DNA of 64,000 nt, taken from contig JASFQK010000016.1 in assembly GCA_050115495.1 (NCBI GenBank), forward strand, positions 64,001 through 128,000. Direction: 5' to 3'. The position numbers were made by a program, and so were the translations under genes. The notes below the pieces were generated by a model. The model was not told the origin of the DNA, did not search any database, and worked only from the letters and a program-made list of their open reading frames with translations. Numbering within the stretch: position 1 is the first letter of the stretch; the number at the start of each line of letters is the position of its first letter. This stretch comes from Phycisphaerae bacterium (GTDB lineage: Bacteria; Planctomycetota; Phycisphaerae; UBA1845; Fen-1342). Below are positions 26,724 to 36,845 of this stretch, piece by piece.

Positions 26724-27686
26724 GTGTTTGAGCGGTACGATAGGGTGGTGGTTGAGTGGCGGTCTCGGCGGGGTGCCGGCGTGCGGTGGATTTGTCGCGA
26801 GTGTCGATATGACGTGCGGACGCAGGCCGAGCAGGCGCAGGCCCAGGGTGCGGACTCGTTGACGTGCCCGGAGTGCGGGCAGGTGTGGCCGCTGGCGGAT
26901 TTCGAGGACGTTCCGACCGTCGCCGAGTATTGCCCGGCCCGCTGGCTGCTGCCGGTGATGCTCGTCGAAACGGTGCTGATGGCGATGCCCGCGGGGCACG
27001 CCAGACGGTGGAACCCGTCGCCGGAGACGACCAGTCGGCGGGCGAGCTTCATGTTCGTGACCATCCTCGTCGAGCAGGTGCTCGTGCTGTTCCTGTTCGG
27101 CATGGTGCCGATCGTGGCCGTCGCGACCGAGACCGACGAGCTGTACTGGTTTCGGGCAGACAACTTCCTTCCGATCCTGGCGTGTGGGCGATCCGTCGGC
27201 TATGCGTTCGAGGAAGGGCTGTGGCGCAATGTGCTGCTGCTGTGCACGGCGTTTGCGCCGGCGACGCTCGTGTTGGCGGCGGCGTTTCACAGGATCGAGT
27301 TCGCGCGGGAGGGCTGGCGCGAGGCCCGATGGGTGCACGCCGTTCGCCGGTGCTTCGCGGCGACCGCGCCTGGGATCCTCCTGCTGGGCGGGTACGCGCT
27401 GCCGTCGATCATGCTGGTGGGGATAGAGCCGGTCGGCCCCCTGGTCTGTACCTGGGCGCCGTGGTTGATGCTGTTCGGCGCCTTGGTTTGCGTGGCGAGC
27501 CTGACACGAACGGGTTGGATCGACTGGGGATGGTGGGGCGCGGTGCGGTACACGGGCTATGGCATCATCGCCTTCGGCCTTAGCGTTGGTTGGGTCGTCG
27601 GCGGGAGCCTGCTGCTGACGGGGGAGCCGCTGGATGTGTTTGACTATTTCGACTTGTTCTTGCGTGAACTACTTGAGCTTTGGTGA
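26724..27686 (+). CDS. Hypothetical polytopic membrane protein with N-terminal zinc ribbon
   Basis: CRECRYD...CPECG followed by several hydrophobic helices; start uncertain. Confidence 0.65.
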   Translation: MFERYDRVVVEWRSRRGAGVRWICRECRYDVRTQAEQAQAQGADSLTCPECGQVWPLADFEDVPTVAEYCPARWLLPVMLVETVLMAMPAGHARRWNPSPETTSRRASFMFVTILVEQVLVLFLFGMVPIVAVATETDELYWFRADNFLPILACGRSVGYAFEEGLWRNVLLLCTAFAPATLVLAAAFHRIEFAREGWREARWVHAVRRCFAATAPGILLLGGYALPSIMLVGIEPVGPLVCTWAPWLMLFGALVCVASLTRTGWIDWGWWGAVRYTGYGIIAFGLSVGWVVGGSLLLTGEPLDVFDYFDLFLRELLELW

Positions 27687-27687
27687 G

Positions 27688-27815
27688 GTGAGGGGCAGAG
27701 GGGTGAAGGGGCAGAGGGTCGGAGGAGCAAAGGGGCAAAGGATCAAAGGAACAAAGGGTGGCGGCGGATTCCGCCCTTCACTTTGCTCCTCTGATCCTTT
27801 GATCCTATGTTCCTT
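27688..27815. repeat. Palindromic octamer-repeat element, copy 2 (expanded)
   Basis: Shares the core and the cctttgatcctatgttcct tail with 26574-26659. Confidence 0.75.
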
Positions 27816-27858
27816 GGAGGGGCAACGTGTGAGGCGTGCGGACGTCTGAGCCAACGGC

Positions 27859-30807
27859 TTACCCTTCCGCCGACAGCAACGGCGCGATGTGGTCGCGCAG
27901 TTGCTGGACGCGGTCGCGCAGGTCCTGGAGGGCGTGGGCCACGTTGGCGGTGGAGGCGTCATCGGCGCGGGCGAGGTGTTCGAGGATCTCCGCTGACCGG
28001 CGGGTGGATTCGGCGCAGATGTTCGAGGCGGCACCCTTCAGCGCGTGCGCGGCGACGCGCAGGCTGTTGGCGTCGCGGGCGGCGGCAGCCTCGTCGATGT
28101 GGCCGAGCATGTCGGGCAGGATGTCGTTGAATCGGCGGAGCAGACGGTCGAAGAGTTCCTGATCGCCGGCGAGATTGTCACAGGCCTGATCGACGTCGAG
28201 CACGGGGGCGTCGGGTGGTTCAGCAGGCTCACTGGTTGCGGCCGGTTCGACGGCGGGAGCGGGGTCGGCGGCACTCGTCGGCTCGGACGCCGGGGCAGGG
28301 CTGCCAACCGCGGCCGGTGTTTCCACGGGGGTGGCGGCCGCCCAGCGGGCGAGAACCCGGCGTAGCGTACGAGCCTTGACCGGCTTGGCGACGTAATCGT
28401 CCATGCCGGCCTCCAGGCATTGCTCGCGGTCCTCCTTCATGGCGGCGGCGGTGAGGGCGACGATCGGCGTGCGGCGGCCGCCGGCCCGCTCACGCTCGCG
28501 GATCACGAGCGTGGCCTCGACGCCGCCCATGTCCGGCATCTGCACGTCCATGAGGATCACGTCGAAGGGCGGTTCGTCCGCGCGGGCGAGGATGTTCAGG
28601 GCGGCCTGGCCGTCGCCGGCAACGACGACGGTGTGGCCGTCGGCTTCGAGAAGAGCGACGGCGACCTCCTGGTTCACGGGGTTGTCCTCGGCCAGCAGGA
28701 TGCGCAGCGGGCGCGTGGGGCCTTCGTCCGCCGCGGACGGGGCGGTGAGCAGTTCGTCGCTGAGCTGGGCTGCGCCCGTGCTGGTGACGATCGCGTCCAG
28801 CAGCTCCGACGGCGTCACCGGGCTGAGCAGGTAGCCGGAGATCAGGGAGGCGGCATCACCCTCGGCGTCGCTCGGCGGCTCACCGCAGGACAACACCAGG
28901 ATCTTGGTGCCGTCGAGCACGCGGTGGCGGCGGATGCGGCGGACGAGCTCCGTACCGGAGAGATCGTGCAGGCGGATGTCGATCAGGGCGAAGGGATAGG
29001 GGCGGCCCCCGGCCGCCCCGCGGAGGAGGATATCAGTTGCCGAGCGGGCGTCCGGTACCGCCATCGGCCGCATGCCCCACGTGGCGAGCATCTCCGTCAG
29101 CACCTGGCGGCGCGTGGTATTGCTGTCGGCGACCAGGACGGGCAGGCCGGCCAGGTCGGTGGGAGCCGGCGGCGGCGGCAGGCCGACGCCTCTCTGGAAA
29201 CGGGCCGTGAAGTGGAACGTGCTGCCCTGGCCCTGGACGCTCTCGACCCAGATGCGACCGCCGAGCATGCCGACGAGCCGGCGGCAAATGGCCAGACCCA
29301 GCCCGGTGCCGCCGTAGTTACGCGTCGTGGAGCTGTCGGCCTGGGCGAAGGCCTCGAAGATCAGGGCCTGCTTGTCCGGGGCGATGCCGACGCCGGTGTC
29401 GCGGACGGCGAAGTGCAGTTGCGACTCGCCGCCACGTTGTGCGTCCAACTCGACGTGGACGACGACCTCGCCGCGCTGCGTGAATTTGACGGCGTTGCCG
29501 ACGAGGTTGAGGATCACCTGGCGGAGGCGGCCGACGTCGCCGAGCAGGGCGTTGGGCACGTTGGGGGCCACGTGGACGATGAGCTCGACGCCCTTGTTCT
29601 GGGCGGCCATGGCGCACGTGCGAACGGCCTCGACGACGCAGGCCCGCAGGTCGAAATCCACGGAGTCGAGCTCGATCTTGCCCGATTCGATCTTCGACAG
29701 GTCGAGCACGTCGTTGATGATGGCCAGCAATGAGTCGGTGGAGCGCTGGATCATGCGGACGTAACGGCGCTGCTCGGCGGTGAGGTCGCTGCGTTGCAGC
29801 AGATCGACGACGCCGATGATGCCGTTCATCGGCGTGCGGATTTCGTGGCTCATGTTGGCCAGGAACTCACTCTTGGCCCGGTTGGCCGATTCCGTTTTCG
29901 AGCGGGCCGCCTCGAGTTCTTCTAGCACCGCTTCAAGCCGGGCCGCGGCACTCTTTTCCCGCTTGAGGGCCTCGGCGAACATGGCGTTGCTGCGACGGAG
30001 CTGCTCCTCGGCATGCTTGCGGGCGCTGATGTCGACGAAGCTCTCCAGCACGTGCGTGCGCCCGTTGAGCGAGATCGCCGCGGCGGTTTTCAGTACGGCG
30101 ACACTGCGGCCGTCGGCGGTTCGCAGCGAGCACTCGGTGTTCTCGATTCTGTGGTGCAGGTCCAGGACGGGGCACTTTCCGCTGCGGGCGACGCAGATGC
30201 AGTCGCGGCACAACCGGCCGATGATCTCCTCGCGCGGCGCCCCGATCATTCGGACGGCGGCAGTGTTGGCCTCGACGATCTCGTGGCTCTCGGCTTCGAT
30301 CATCACGACCGCCGCCGGGACCGCCTCGAAGATCGCCTGCAGGCGATGTTCGTTCTCGCGCAGCGCCGCAGCAGATTCCTCCGCCGCGTGCCGGGCTTCC
30401 TCGAGGCGGGCGTTCATCTCCTGGAGGGCGTCGCGGGCGTTCTTGACGCGGACGGCCGAGCGGATCCGGGCGGAGACGATCGGCCAGTCAGGAGGTTTGG
30501 TCACGTAGTCGTGGGCGCCGGCGTCGAGGCCGGCGACGACGTCCGCCTCCCCGCCAAGCCCGGAAATCAGCACGACGGGAATGGCCGCCAGCTCGGGGTC
30601 CGCATTGATTCGTCGGCAGAGCTCGATGCCGTCCATGCCCGGCATGACCATGTCGGAGAGGATGACGTCCGGTGACGTGGTCCGGGCCGCGGCGAGGGCT
30701 TCGGCGGCGCTGTCGAAGCAGATGACGTCGTGCCCGTCGTGCCGCAACTGGCGGGAGAGGGCGGCGATCATCTCCGGGCAATCGTCGACCACGAGCAGCC
30801 TGGCCAC
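27859..30807 (-). CDS. Hybrid sensor histidine kinase (REC-PAS-HisKA-HATPase-REC-REC-Hpt)
   Basis: [68 protein letters not shown] start with AGGAG RBS. Confidence 0.92.
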   Translation of the reverse strand: MARLLVVDDCPEMIAALSRQLRHDGHDVICFDSAAEALAAARTTSPDVILSDMVMPGMDGIELCRRINADPELAAIPVVLISGLGGEADVVAGLDAGAHDYVTKPPDWPIVSARIRSAVRVKNARDALQEMNARLEEARHAAEESAAALRENEHRLQAIFEAVPAAVVMIEAESHEIVEANTAAVRMIGAPREEIIGRLCRDCICVARSGKCPVLDLHHRIENTECSLRTADGRSVAVLKTAAAISLNGRTHVLESFVDISARKHAEEQLRRSNAMFAEALKREKSAAARLEAVLEELEAARSKTESANRAKSEFLANMSHEIRTPMNGIIGVVDLLQRSDLTAEQRRYVRMIQRSTDSLLAIINDVLDLSKIESGKIELDSVDFDLRACVVEAVRTCAMAAQNKGVELIVHVAPNVPNALLGDVGRLRQVILNLVGNAVKFTQRGEVVVHVELDAQRGGESQLHFAVRDTGVGIAPDKQALIFEAFAQADSSTTRNYGGTGLGLAICRRLVGMLGGRIWVESVQGQGSTFHFTARFQRGVGLPPPPAPTDLAGLPVLVADSNTTRRQVLTEMLATWGMRPMAVPDARSATDILLRGAAGGRPYPFALIDIRLHDLSGTELVRRIRRHRVLDGTKILVLSCGEPPSDAEGDAASLISGYLLSPVTPSELLDAIVTSTGAAQLSDELLTAPSAADEGPTRPLRILLAEDNPVNQEVAVALLEADGHTVVVAGDGQAALNILARADEPPFDVILMDVQMPDMGGVEATLVIRERERAGGRRTPIVALTAAAMKEDREQCLEAGMDDYVAKPVKARTLRRVLARWAAATPVETPAAVGSPAPASEPTSAADPAPAVEPAATSEPAEPPDAPVLDVDQACDNLAGDQELFDRLLRRFNDILPDMLGHIDEAAAARDANSLRVAAHALKGAASNICAESTRRSAEILEHLARADDASTANVAHALQDLRDRVQQLRDHIAPLLSAEG

Positions 30808-30823
30808 GGGCGGTGCTCCTCCT

Positions 30824-31258
30824 CTACTCGTTGAAAGGCCTCGATTCGGACTGGCCCCAGGGCGTGAGGTGCGCCGGCGATGCGGCGGAGCCCAACGCCT
30901 GATGGATGGCGGTGTGCAGCGTGTCCACGCGGATGGGCTTACGCACCAGGAGCGGGACGTCAAGGTCACGCAGGGCCTGCGGCAGGTCCGGCTCGGTGCA
31001 GGACGTCACCACGACGATCCGACATGTCGGATCCACCATGCGCAAAGCGTGGATGGCGTCCAGCCCGTTGACGTTGGGCATCAGGATATCCATCGTGGTC
31101 AGGGTATAGCGGCTCAACAGCGATTTGTGGATGGCGTCCGCGCCGTCGACGGCTTCGGTGACCACCATGCCGAGCGACTCGAGCACCTCCCGCAGCAGAA
31201 AGCGCGTGCTGGGCTCGTCATCGACGATCAGGGCCGGCAAGCCCGGGTAGGGGTGCAT
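30824..31258 (-). CDS. Single-domain response regulator (CheY-like)
   Basis: [22 protein letters not shown]. Confidence 0.85.
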   Translation of the reverse strand: MHPYPGLPALIVDDEPSTRFLLREVLESLGMVVTEAVDGADAIHKSLLSRYTLTTMDILMPNVNGLDAIHALRMVDPTCRIVVVTSCTEPDLPQALRDLDVPLLVRKPIRVDTLHTAIHQALGSAASPAHLTPWGQSESRPFNE

Positions 31259-31261
31259 GCA

Positions 31262-31837
31262 TCAACTCCCGATCCACGAATGGATCACCGGCAGAACACT
31301 CGCGAGTGAGGCCTCAGCGTCACACGCGCCGGCGAGCCGCACCTGTTCGATCATCCGGTAGCACGGCGTTGAGGCCCGATCCGTTACGAGCACCCGTCCG
31401 CCGGCGCGACGGATGGCCTCGCAGCCGGCCACGCCGTCATGGTCGGCGTGCAGGCCGGACAGCATGGCCCCATAGCAGCACGGCCCGAACACGTGGGCCG
31501 CGCTAGTGAAGGTCACGTCCATCGACGGGGCGAAGTAGTTCTCGCCCTCGGTGCGGCGGACCGATACGCTGGTCCCGCCGGCGTTGAAGCGGACGTTGTA
31601 GGCCGGCTCGGCGATCAGCACCTCGCCGGGCCGCAGCAGATCTCCGTTAGTGGCCAGCCGGACCGGGGTGGCGACCGTGTCCCGCAGGTACCGCAGGAGC
31701 CCTTCGACGAACGGGCCGGGCGGCATGTGCTGGATGATCACGATCGCCGCCGCGAAGCCCTGGGGCATGGCCTGCAGGTACACGTGGTGCGTCCGCGGGG
31801 CCCCAGTCGACGCGCCGATCAGCACGACATTTCGCAT
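31262..31837 (-). CDS. cheB: CheB-type methylesterase lacking a receiver domain
   Basis: IGASTGAP, IIQHMP, PSMDVTF.SAA, LSG...DG (Ser-His-Asp triad). Confidence 0.85.
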   Translation of the reverse strand: MRNVVLIGASTGAPRTHHVYLQAMPQGFAAAIVIIQHMPPGPFVEGLLRYLRDTVATPVRLATNGDLLRPGEVLIAEPAYNVRFNAGGTSVSVRRTEGENYFAPSMDVTFTSAAHVFGPCCYGAMLSGLHADHDGVAGCEAIRRAGGRVLVTDRASTPCYRMIEQVRLAGACDAEASLASVLPVIHSWIGS

Positions 31838-31981
31838 CGCCGTTTCGTTGCCTCGACGGCTGGTTTTCAGCCTCATCCCGTGATCGGTCGCTACGGGTCT
31901 CGTCTTCGCCGGCGGCGCGCCGCGGCCTGCCGGCGTTCACTTCATCCGGCAGGCCGGGCGTGCTCGTCGGCACGGAGGCGT

Positions 31982-34351
31982 CTAGAACGCGTCGAGCGTC
32001 TCCTCATCAGCAAAGGCGGCCGACGCCGCGGACTTCGAGGCGGATCTGCCGCCTGCCGGCGCAGAGGACTGAACCGATCCCGTGCTGCGCGTGTGCAGGT
32101 TGTCCTGCCGGCGCTGGATGTTCGAACGAATTGTCCTGGCCACTTCCTGGCTGTCGATGTTGTTGACGTTCGCTCCGACGAAGGAGGCCAGCTCGCCAGC
32201 GGTCCTGGCCACGGCGTCGGCCTGGGCGCTGAGTTCCTCGACCGCCGAGGCCGATTCCTCGGCGCTGGCGGCGATGGACTGGGTGACCTTATCCATCTGG
32301 CTGACCGCCAGGTTGATCTGCTCGACGCCCTGGGCCTGTTCGCTGGAGGCCTTGTTGATGCTGCTGACCAGTTCAGACACGCGCGACACGTTGTTGACGA
32401 TGCGCGACAGCGTCTGACCGAAGCCGTTGGAGACCTCGCCGCCTTCCTTCGCTCGGGTGACCGATTCCTCGATGAGGCTGGTCGTCTCGCGGGCCGCCTG
32501 GGCGGCGCGCTGGGCGAGGTTGCGGACCTCCTCGGCCACGACGGCGAAGCCCTTGCCGTGCTCGCCGGCGCGGGCCGCCTCGACGGCGGCGTTGAGGGCC
32601 AGCAGGTTCGTCTGGAAGGCGATCTCCTCGATGACCTTGATGATCTTGCTGATCTGGCCGGACGACTCGTTGATATCCGCCATGGCCCCGTTGAGCCGGG
32701 ACATCTCCCGATCGCTCTGGTGGGCCGCGTCGCGGGCCTGCACCGACAGGTCGTCGGCCTCGCGGGCGTTGCTGGCATTGGTCTGGGTCATGGCCGACAT
32801 CTCTTCGAGCGCTGCGGACGTCTCTTCCAGGGAGGAGGCCTGTTCGCTGGAGCCTTCGGCCAGAGACAGTGCGGAGGCGTTCACCTGGCCGGAGGCCTCG
32901 GCCACGAGCGCCGAACCCTGCGACAGCTCGTGGACCACGCGGATGATGGGCCGGCTGATCGCCCGCGTGATGAAGATGGCCAGCACGATACCGATGATCA
33001 CGGCGGCGAGGCTCACCAGGCTGACGTTGCGCTTGGTGCCCTGCGCTGCCGCCAACATGGCCTCGTCGGTCATGACGTTTTTCTTGACCTCGTCGCGCAC
33101 CTTAGCGAGAAGCTCCTGGACCTTCACCAGGTTGGGCTGGGTCTTCGTGGCGAAGATCTGGTTGGCGGCCCGCATGCCGTCGACGGCCGCCGTGGCGTGC
33201 TCCTGGCACGTGTGAAGCGCCTGCCGTGTGCCGGCCAGGGCCGGCGTGGTCTGCTCGTCGAAGATCTTGCGCGCCTGTTCCTGAGCGTCGACGAAGGCCG
33301 TCTCGGCGGCGATGGCCTCGTAGAAGTGCTCGGCCACCGCGTCGAGAGCCGGGACCGTCTCTTCGGTGTAGACCCTCTTGCCTGCGGCCGTGTCTCCGGC
33401 GTTGAACGCGTCCTTGAGCTTCTGGGCCGAAGCGTGCAGCCGCCTATGGGGCTCCTCGCAGGCGCTCAGGGCGGCGTCCAGCGCAGGAAAGTCCGCCCGC
33501 CACTGCTGGCACTGCTCACTCCCCAGGAACTGGCCGAATGCGCACAGGCTGGGGTCCATCTGGACATCGAAGTTCGGGTCTTCGAGGGCAGCAGCACGGC
33601 ATACCTGGGCTGCCCACTGCCGGTGATCATCGAGCCGCGCCGTGAGTAGCTGACGCAACCCAGTGTGTCGCTGCTGCCAGACGCCCTGGATGGCGGTGGC
33701 AGACTCGTGGAGTTTCCGGTGCGGTTCCTTGAGGGCCTCGATCAGCCGGCCGAACGTCGGGTCTGCGGCGATGTACGACCGACACTCATCGCTGGCCAGC
33801 CACTGGCCCAGGGCGCACTTCGTCGGATCGGTCTGCACGTCGAGTTGCGGCCGGTTGTGCAGGAACAGGTCCTCGACCTTCGAGGCCCACTCGAGGTGGT
33901 CGACTTGCCGAGCGCACAGCTTGCCGGGCAGCAGGACGTCAGCCTGCTGGAAGACGTTCTTGATCTCCACAGCGGATGTGTGCAGGTCGGCGTGGTAGCG
34001 CTCGATCTCCGCGAGGAGCGGGGTGATCGACGGCACTGTCTGCTCGGCGGCCCGGCGTGCATCGCTGTGCAGCCACTTTCCGAACCGGCACTGGGTCGGG
34101 TCCGTCTGGGCCGTCAGCTCGGTGACGTGGTCGTCGGTCAGCAGGGCGTTGACCTGGTTCGCCCAGTTCAGGTGGTCCACCTCGTTCTGGGCCATGCCGC
34201 CGTCCAGCTTGTTGCCGGTGATGACTTCCTGAGCGTGCCCGACGATAGTGCTGATGCCAGTGAACGCCAGAGCGCCGACGATCACCAACAGCACCATGCA
34301 GACACCGAACCCCAATCCGATTCTCATGGCCACGGTCAGTCGTTTGAACAT
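31982..34351 (-). CDS. Methyl-accepting chemotaxis protein with three CZB domains between TM1 and TM2
   Basis: Three DHxxW...DPxxCxxGxxL...HxxLH repeats; [37 protein letters not shown] hairpin tip. Confidence 0.92.
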   Translation of the reverse strand: MFKRLTVAMRIGLGFGVCMVLLVIVGALAFTGISTIVGHAQEVITGNKLDGGMAQNEVDHLNWANQVNALLTDDHVTELTAQTDPTQCRFGKWLHSDARRAAEQTVPSITPLLAEIERYHADLHTSAVEIKNVFQQADVLLPGKLCARQVDHLEWASKVEDLFLHNRPQLDVQTDPTKCALGQWLASDECRSYIAADPTFGRLIEALKEPHRKLHESATAIQGVWQQRHTGLRQLLTARLDDHRQWAAQVCRAAALEDPNFDVQMDPSLCAFGQFLGSEQCQQWRADFPALDAALSACEEPHRRLHASAQKLKDAFNAGDTAAGKRVYTEETVPALDAVAEHFYEAIAAETAFVDAQEQARKIFDEQTTPALAGTRQALHTCQEHATAAVDGMRAANQIFATKTQPNLVKVQELLAKVRDEVKKNVMTDEAMLAAAQGTKRNVSLVSLAAVIIGIVLAIFITRAISRPIIRVVHELSQGSALVAEASGQVNASALSLAEGSSEQASSLEETSAALEEMSAMTQTNASNAREADDLSVQARDAAHQSDREMSRLNGAMADINESSGQISKIIKVIEEIAFQTNLLALNAAVEAARAGEHGKGFAVVAEEVRNLAQRAAQAARETTSLIEESVTRAKEGGEVSNGFGQTLSRIVNNVSRVSELVSSINKASSEQAQGVEQINLAVSQMDKVTQSIAASAEESASAVEELSAQADAVARTAGELASFVGANVNNIDSQEVARTIRSNIQRRQDNLHTRSTGSVQSSAPAGGRSASKSAASAAFADEETLDAF

Positions 34352-34584
34352 GATGTCTTTCTCCAGTCGGACCCGAACCCGCACGTGTGCTCGCTCCCCG
34401 CGAGCGTGGGCTTTCAAAGACTGGCAGGGTCGCACTGCGGCGGCCGGATGGCATTTGGCTCGGGCTCGCGTCGCGAAAGGAAAATGGTTCCTCCCGGTCT
34501 CTCCGGCCGTTCGTCCCAGCAGACAGCGGAAAGCGCAAGTGGGCGGGAGGAAACCGGGCCTGATGCCTGTTGCTGCCGCCCCGT

Positions 34585-34611
34585 ATATCGGCCAGCAGTG
34601 CAGGTGACTTA
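34585..34611 (-). promoter_or_regulatory. Putative sigma28 (FliA) promoter for the MCP-cheB operon
   Basis: Minus strand reads TAAG-N15-GCCGATAT versus consensus TAAA-N15-GCCGATAA; lies upstream of a chemoreceptor. Confidence 0.65.
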
Positions 34612-35545
34612 CTCAAAGATGAAACCGACGTGCCGGCACGTGTGGCGAGCTCTGGACATGTCGTAGCGAGAATGCCGCGGTTGACCTGTAGCCACGTAGG
34701 CTTATCGATGGTGATGCGGAGCGACGTCCTGACGCGACGAGAGGCCACAATCTCGCAGGTTTGCTGCGACATACACGCTACGCAGCCAAATCCTATCCGG
34801 CTTGTCGTCTGTGTATGCGGCGTCGTATGTTCGGTGGACACGCCGCCGCGTCATTGCCGACGCCGCAGCGTGCAGATGCCGGCGACGATTGTGCGAATCG
34901 GGCGTGCATATGCTCTGGCGAATCTTCCTGACCCGATGGGATCTGGTTCACGAAGGTCCGCTCACCGGCGCCGCCGGCGTCACGTTCTGCTGACTTGCGG
35001 TTGGTGGCTGGGGAGTCTCTGCTTCTGTTCGCGTACGCGGTGCGGGCGCCGCCGGAATGAGGGGGGGCTTTGTGAGCGGTGACGGTCGGCGCACGCCGGG
35101 CCGGGTTTCTTAACAAACCGCTCCCGTTCTCGTCTGCGCGGGCCCGATTAACACAAACAGCACAAGACCTTCGAATCTCCGACACGGCTATTTAACAACG
35201 CGGGGTTACTCATACATGCACATTGGACGAAGCCGGCAGGCGCGGCGGCGACGGGGCGCAAATGGAACACGGTGCATCCGGAGGGGGGGCAACGTGCCGG
35301 ATCGTCGTGATTCAGCGTCGAGCGTCTGAGGTCGTCCACGATTCGGCGTAAAGCAGGTTGAGCGCGGTTCTGGCAGGCCGGGGGGTGCGAGTGTTGTGTT
35401 GTGCCCCGGCGGCCGTAGAGGTGCGGGTTGTGGACCGCTTCATTTATCTCCTTTTTCGCACAGTGGTGGTAAGTCGTTAATCGAGGTCTGGTATTCAGGG
35501 CGCAGGCGTGAAGCCGTGTGCGCGAAGACAAACGGAGATGCTGAC

Positions 35546-36616
35546 GTGAAAAGACCAGGATGGTTGCGTCGTGAGGTATGGCCCGGGCGCTCGGCGTTCA
35601 CGCTGATCGAGCTGCTCGTGGTCGTGGCGATTCTCGCGGTTCTGATGTCGATTCTGCTGCCGGCCCTGGGTTCGGCGCGGGCGGCGGCGCGCGTCTCGGT
35701 GTGCGCGGCGAACATGCATCACATCGGGCAGGCCTTCGCGAACTACCTGACGAACAACGAGGCGGTCTACCCGCCGTCCTACCTGTACCCTTCGGACTGG
35801 CACGGGCATTACGACCCGCTGAGCCAGTTGGCGACGCATCCGTGGGGGTACATGCACTGGTCGTATTTCCTCTACAACGAGGGCAGCGTCAACGACAAGG
35901 CCTTCCAATGCCCGGAGTTCCCGTGCAAAGGCGGCTATCCGCGGACGAATCCCGGGCCGGTGCCCGACCACTGGGAGCAGGGCCAGCAGTGGGACCAGTG
36001 GAACCGGACGGCGCCGAACGACCTGGTGGACAAGCAGGCGGCCCGCATGGCCTTCACGGCCAACGCCGCAATCGTCCCGCGAAACAAGTTCACCCGCCTG
36101 CTCTCGGGCAACCCGAATCGCATGAACAAGTGGGTGCGCGAGTCGGAAGTGGCGGATCCGCGAAACGTCATCCTGGCGACGGAATTCCACAAGGACTGGC
36201 GCATGGGGGCCGTCGGCAACCCGGCGACCAACCTCGATCCGCCGTTCCTCTCGAAGAGCCACCGTTCGGTCAGCGCGTTCTTCAACAGCGACGGCGGGGC
36301 GAACGAGTTTCTCGCCGGCTACGAGGCGAAGTTCACGTACGGGCCGGAGGGCGATCCGAGCTACGGCCTGCGACCGCTGTCGGAGGTGGAAGGGAAGACC
36401 GGTGTGATCGACGGCGCCTACGTGAGCGAGGTGAACGTGGTCGGCCGGCACCACCCGGGCGGCGACAAGTGGGGCGGGACCGCCAATTTCATGTGCACGG
36501 ACGGTCACGTGGAGCGCAAGGCCGTGTTCCAGACGCTCTACCGGCGGATGTGGGGTAGCGCCTATTACGGGCTGACCGGACCAAACGAGGTCTCCTACGA
36601 AGATGGAACACCATAG
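35546..36616 (+). CDS. Prepilin-type N-terminal cleavage/methylation protein (DUF1559 / H-X9-DG-like)
   Basis: [29 protein letters not shown]...C.AN; C-terminal RHH...[11 protein letters not shown]. Confidence 0.9.
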   Translation: MKRPGWLRREVWPGRSAFTLIELLVVVAILAVLMSILLPALGSARAAARVSVCAANMHHIGQAFANYLTNNEAVYPPSYLYPSDWHGHYDPLSQLATHPWGYMHWSYFLYNEGSVNDKAFQCPEFPCKGGYPRTNPGPVPDHWEQGQQWDQWNRTAPNDLVDKQAARMAFTANAAIVPRNKFTRLLSGNPNRMNKWVRESEVADPRNVILATEFHKDWRMGAVGNPATNLDPPFLSKSHRSVSAFFNSDGGANEFLAGYEAKFTYGPEGDPSYGLRPLSEVEGKTGVIDGAYVSEVNVVGRHHPGGDKWGGTANFMCTDGHVERKAVFQTLYRRMWGSAYYGLTGPNEVSYEDGTP

Positions 36617-36845
36617 CCGACGCCGCAGCGCGCGCCGCACGTTGCCTGGCGCCGTCGCCGGCTAAGCGCCGGGCCGGAGGATGCTCGTCGTCTCCGGCCG
36701 GCGCCTGGGCAAACGGAGAGAAGCAGCATCCCGAGCAGTGGAAAGGAGGTGTGGACGAAGGCTCGGGGGGAAGGTGCGCGCGGGCGCTAGAAGAGACTCG
36801 GACGAAGATCCTGCAAAGAAATCTCGCTTTTCCTGGAGGACTAGA

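Noticed and set aside
33939..35531. ORFs in the region between the MCP and prepilin genes
   Set aside because: No recognisable motifs or RBS; better explained as a divergent regulatory region.
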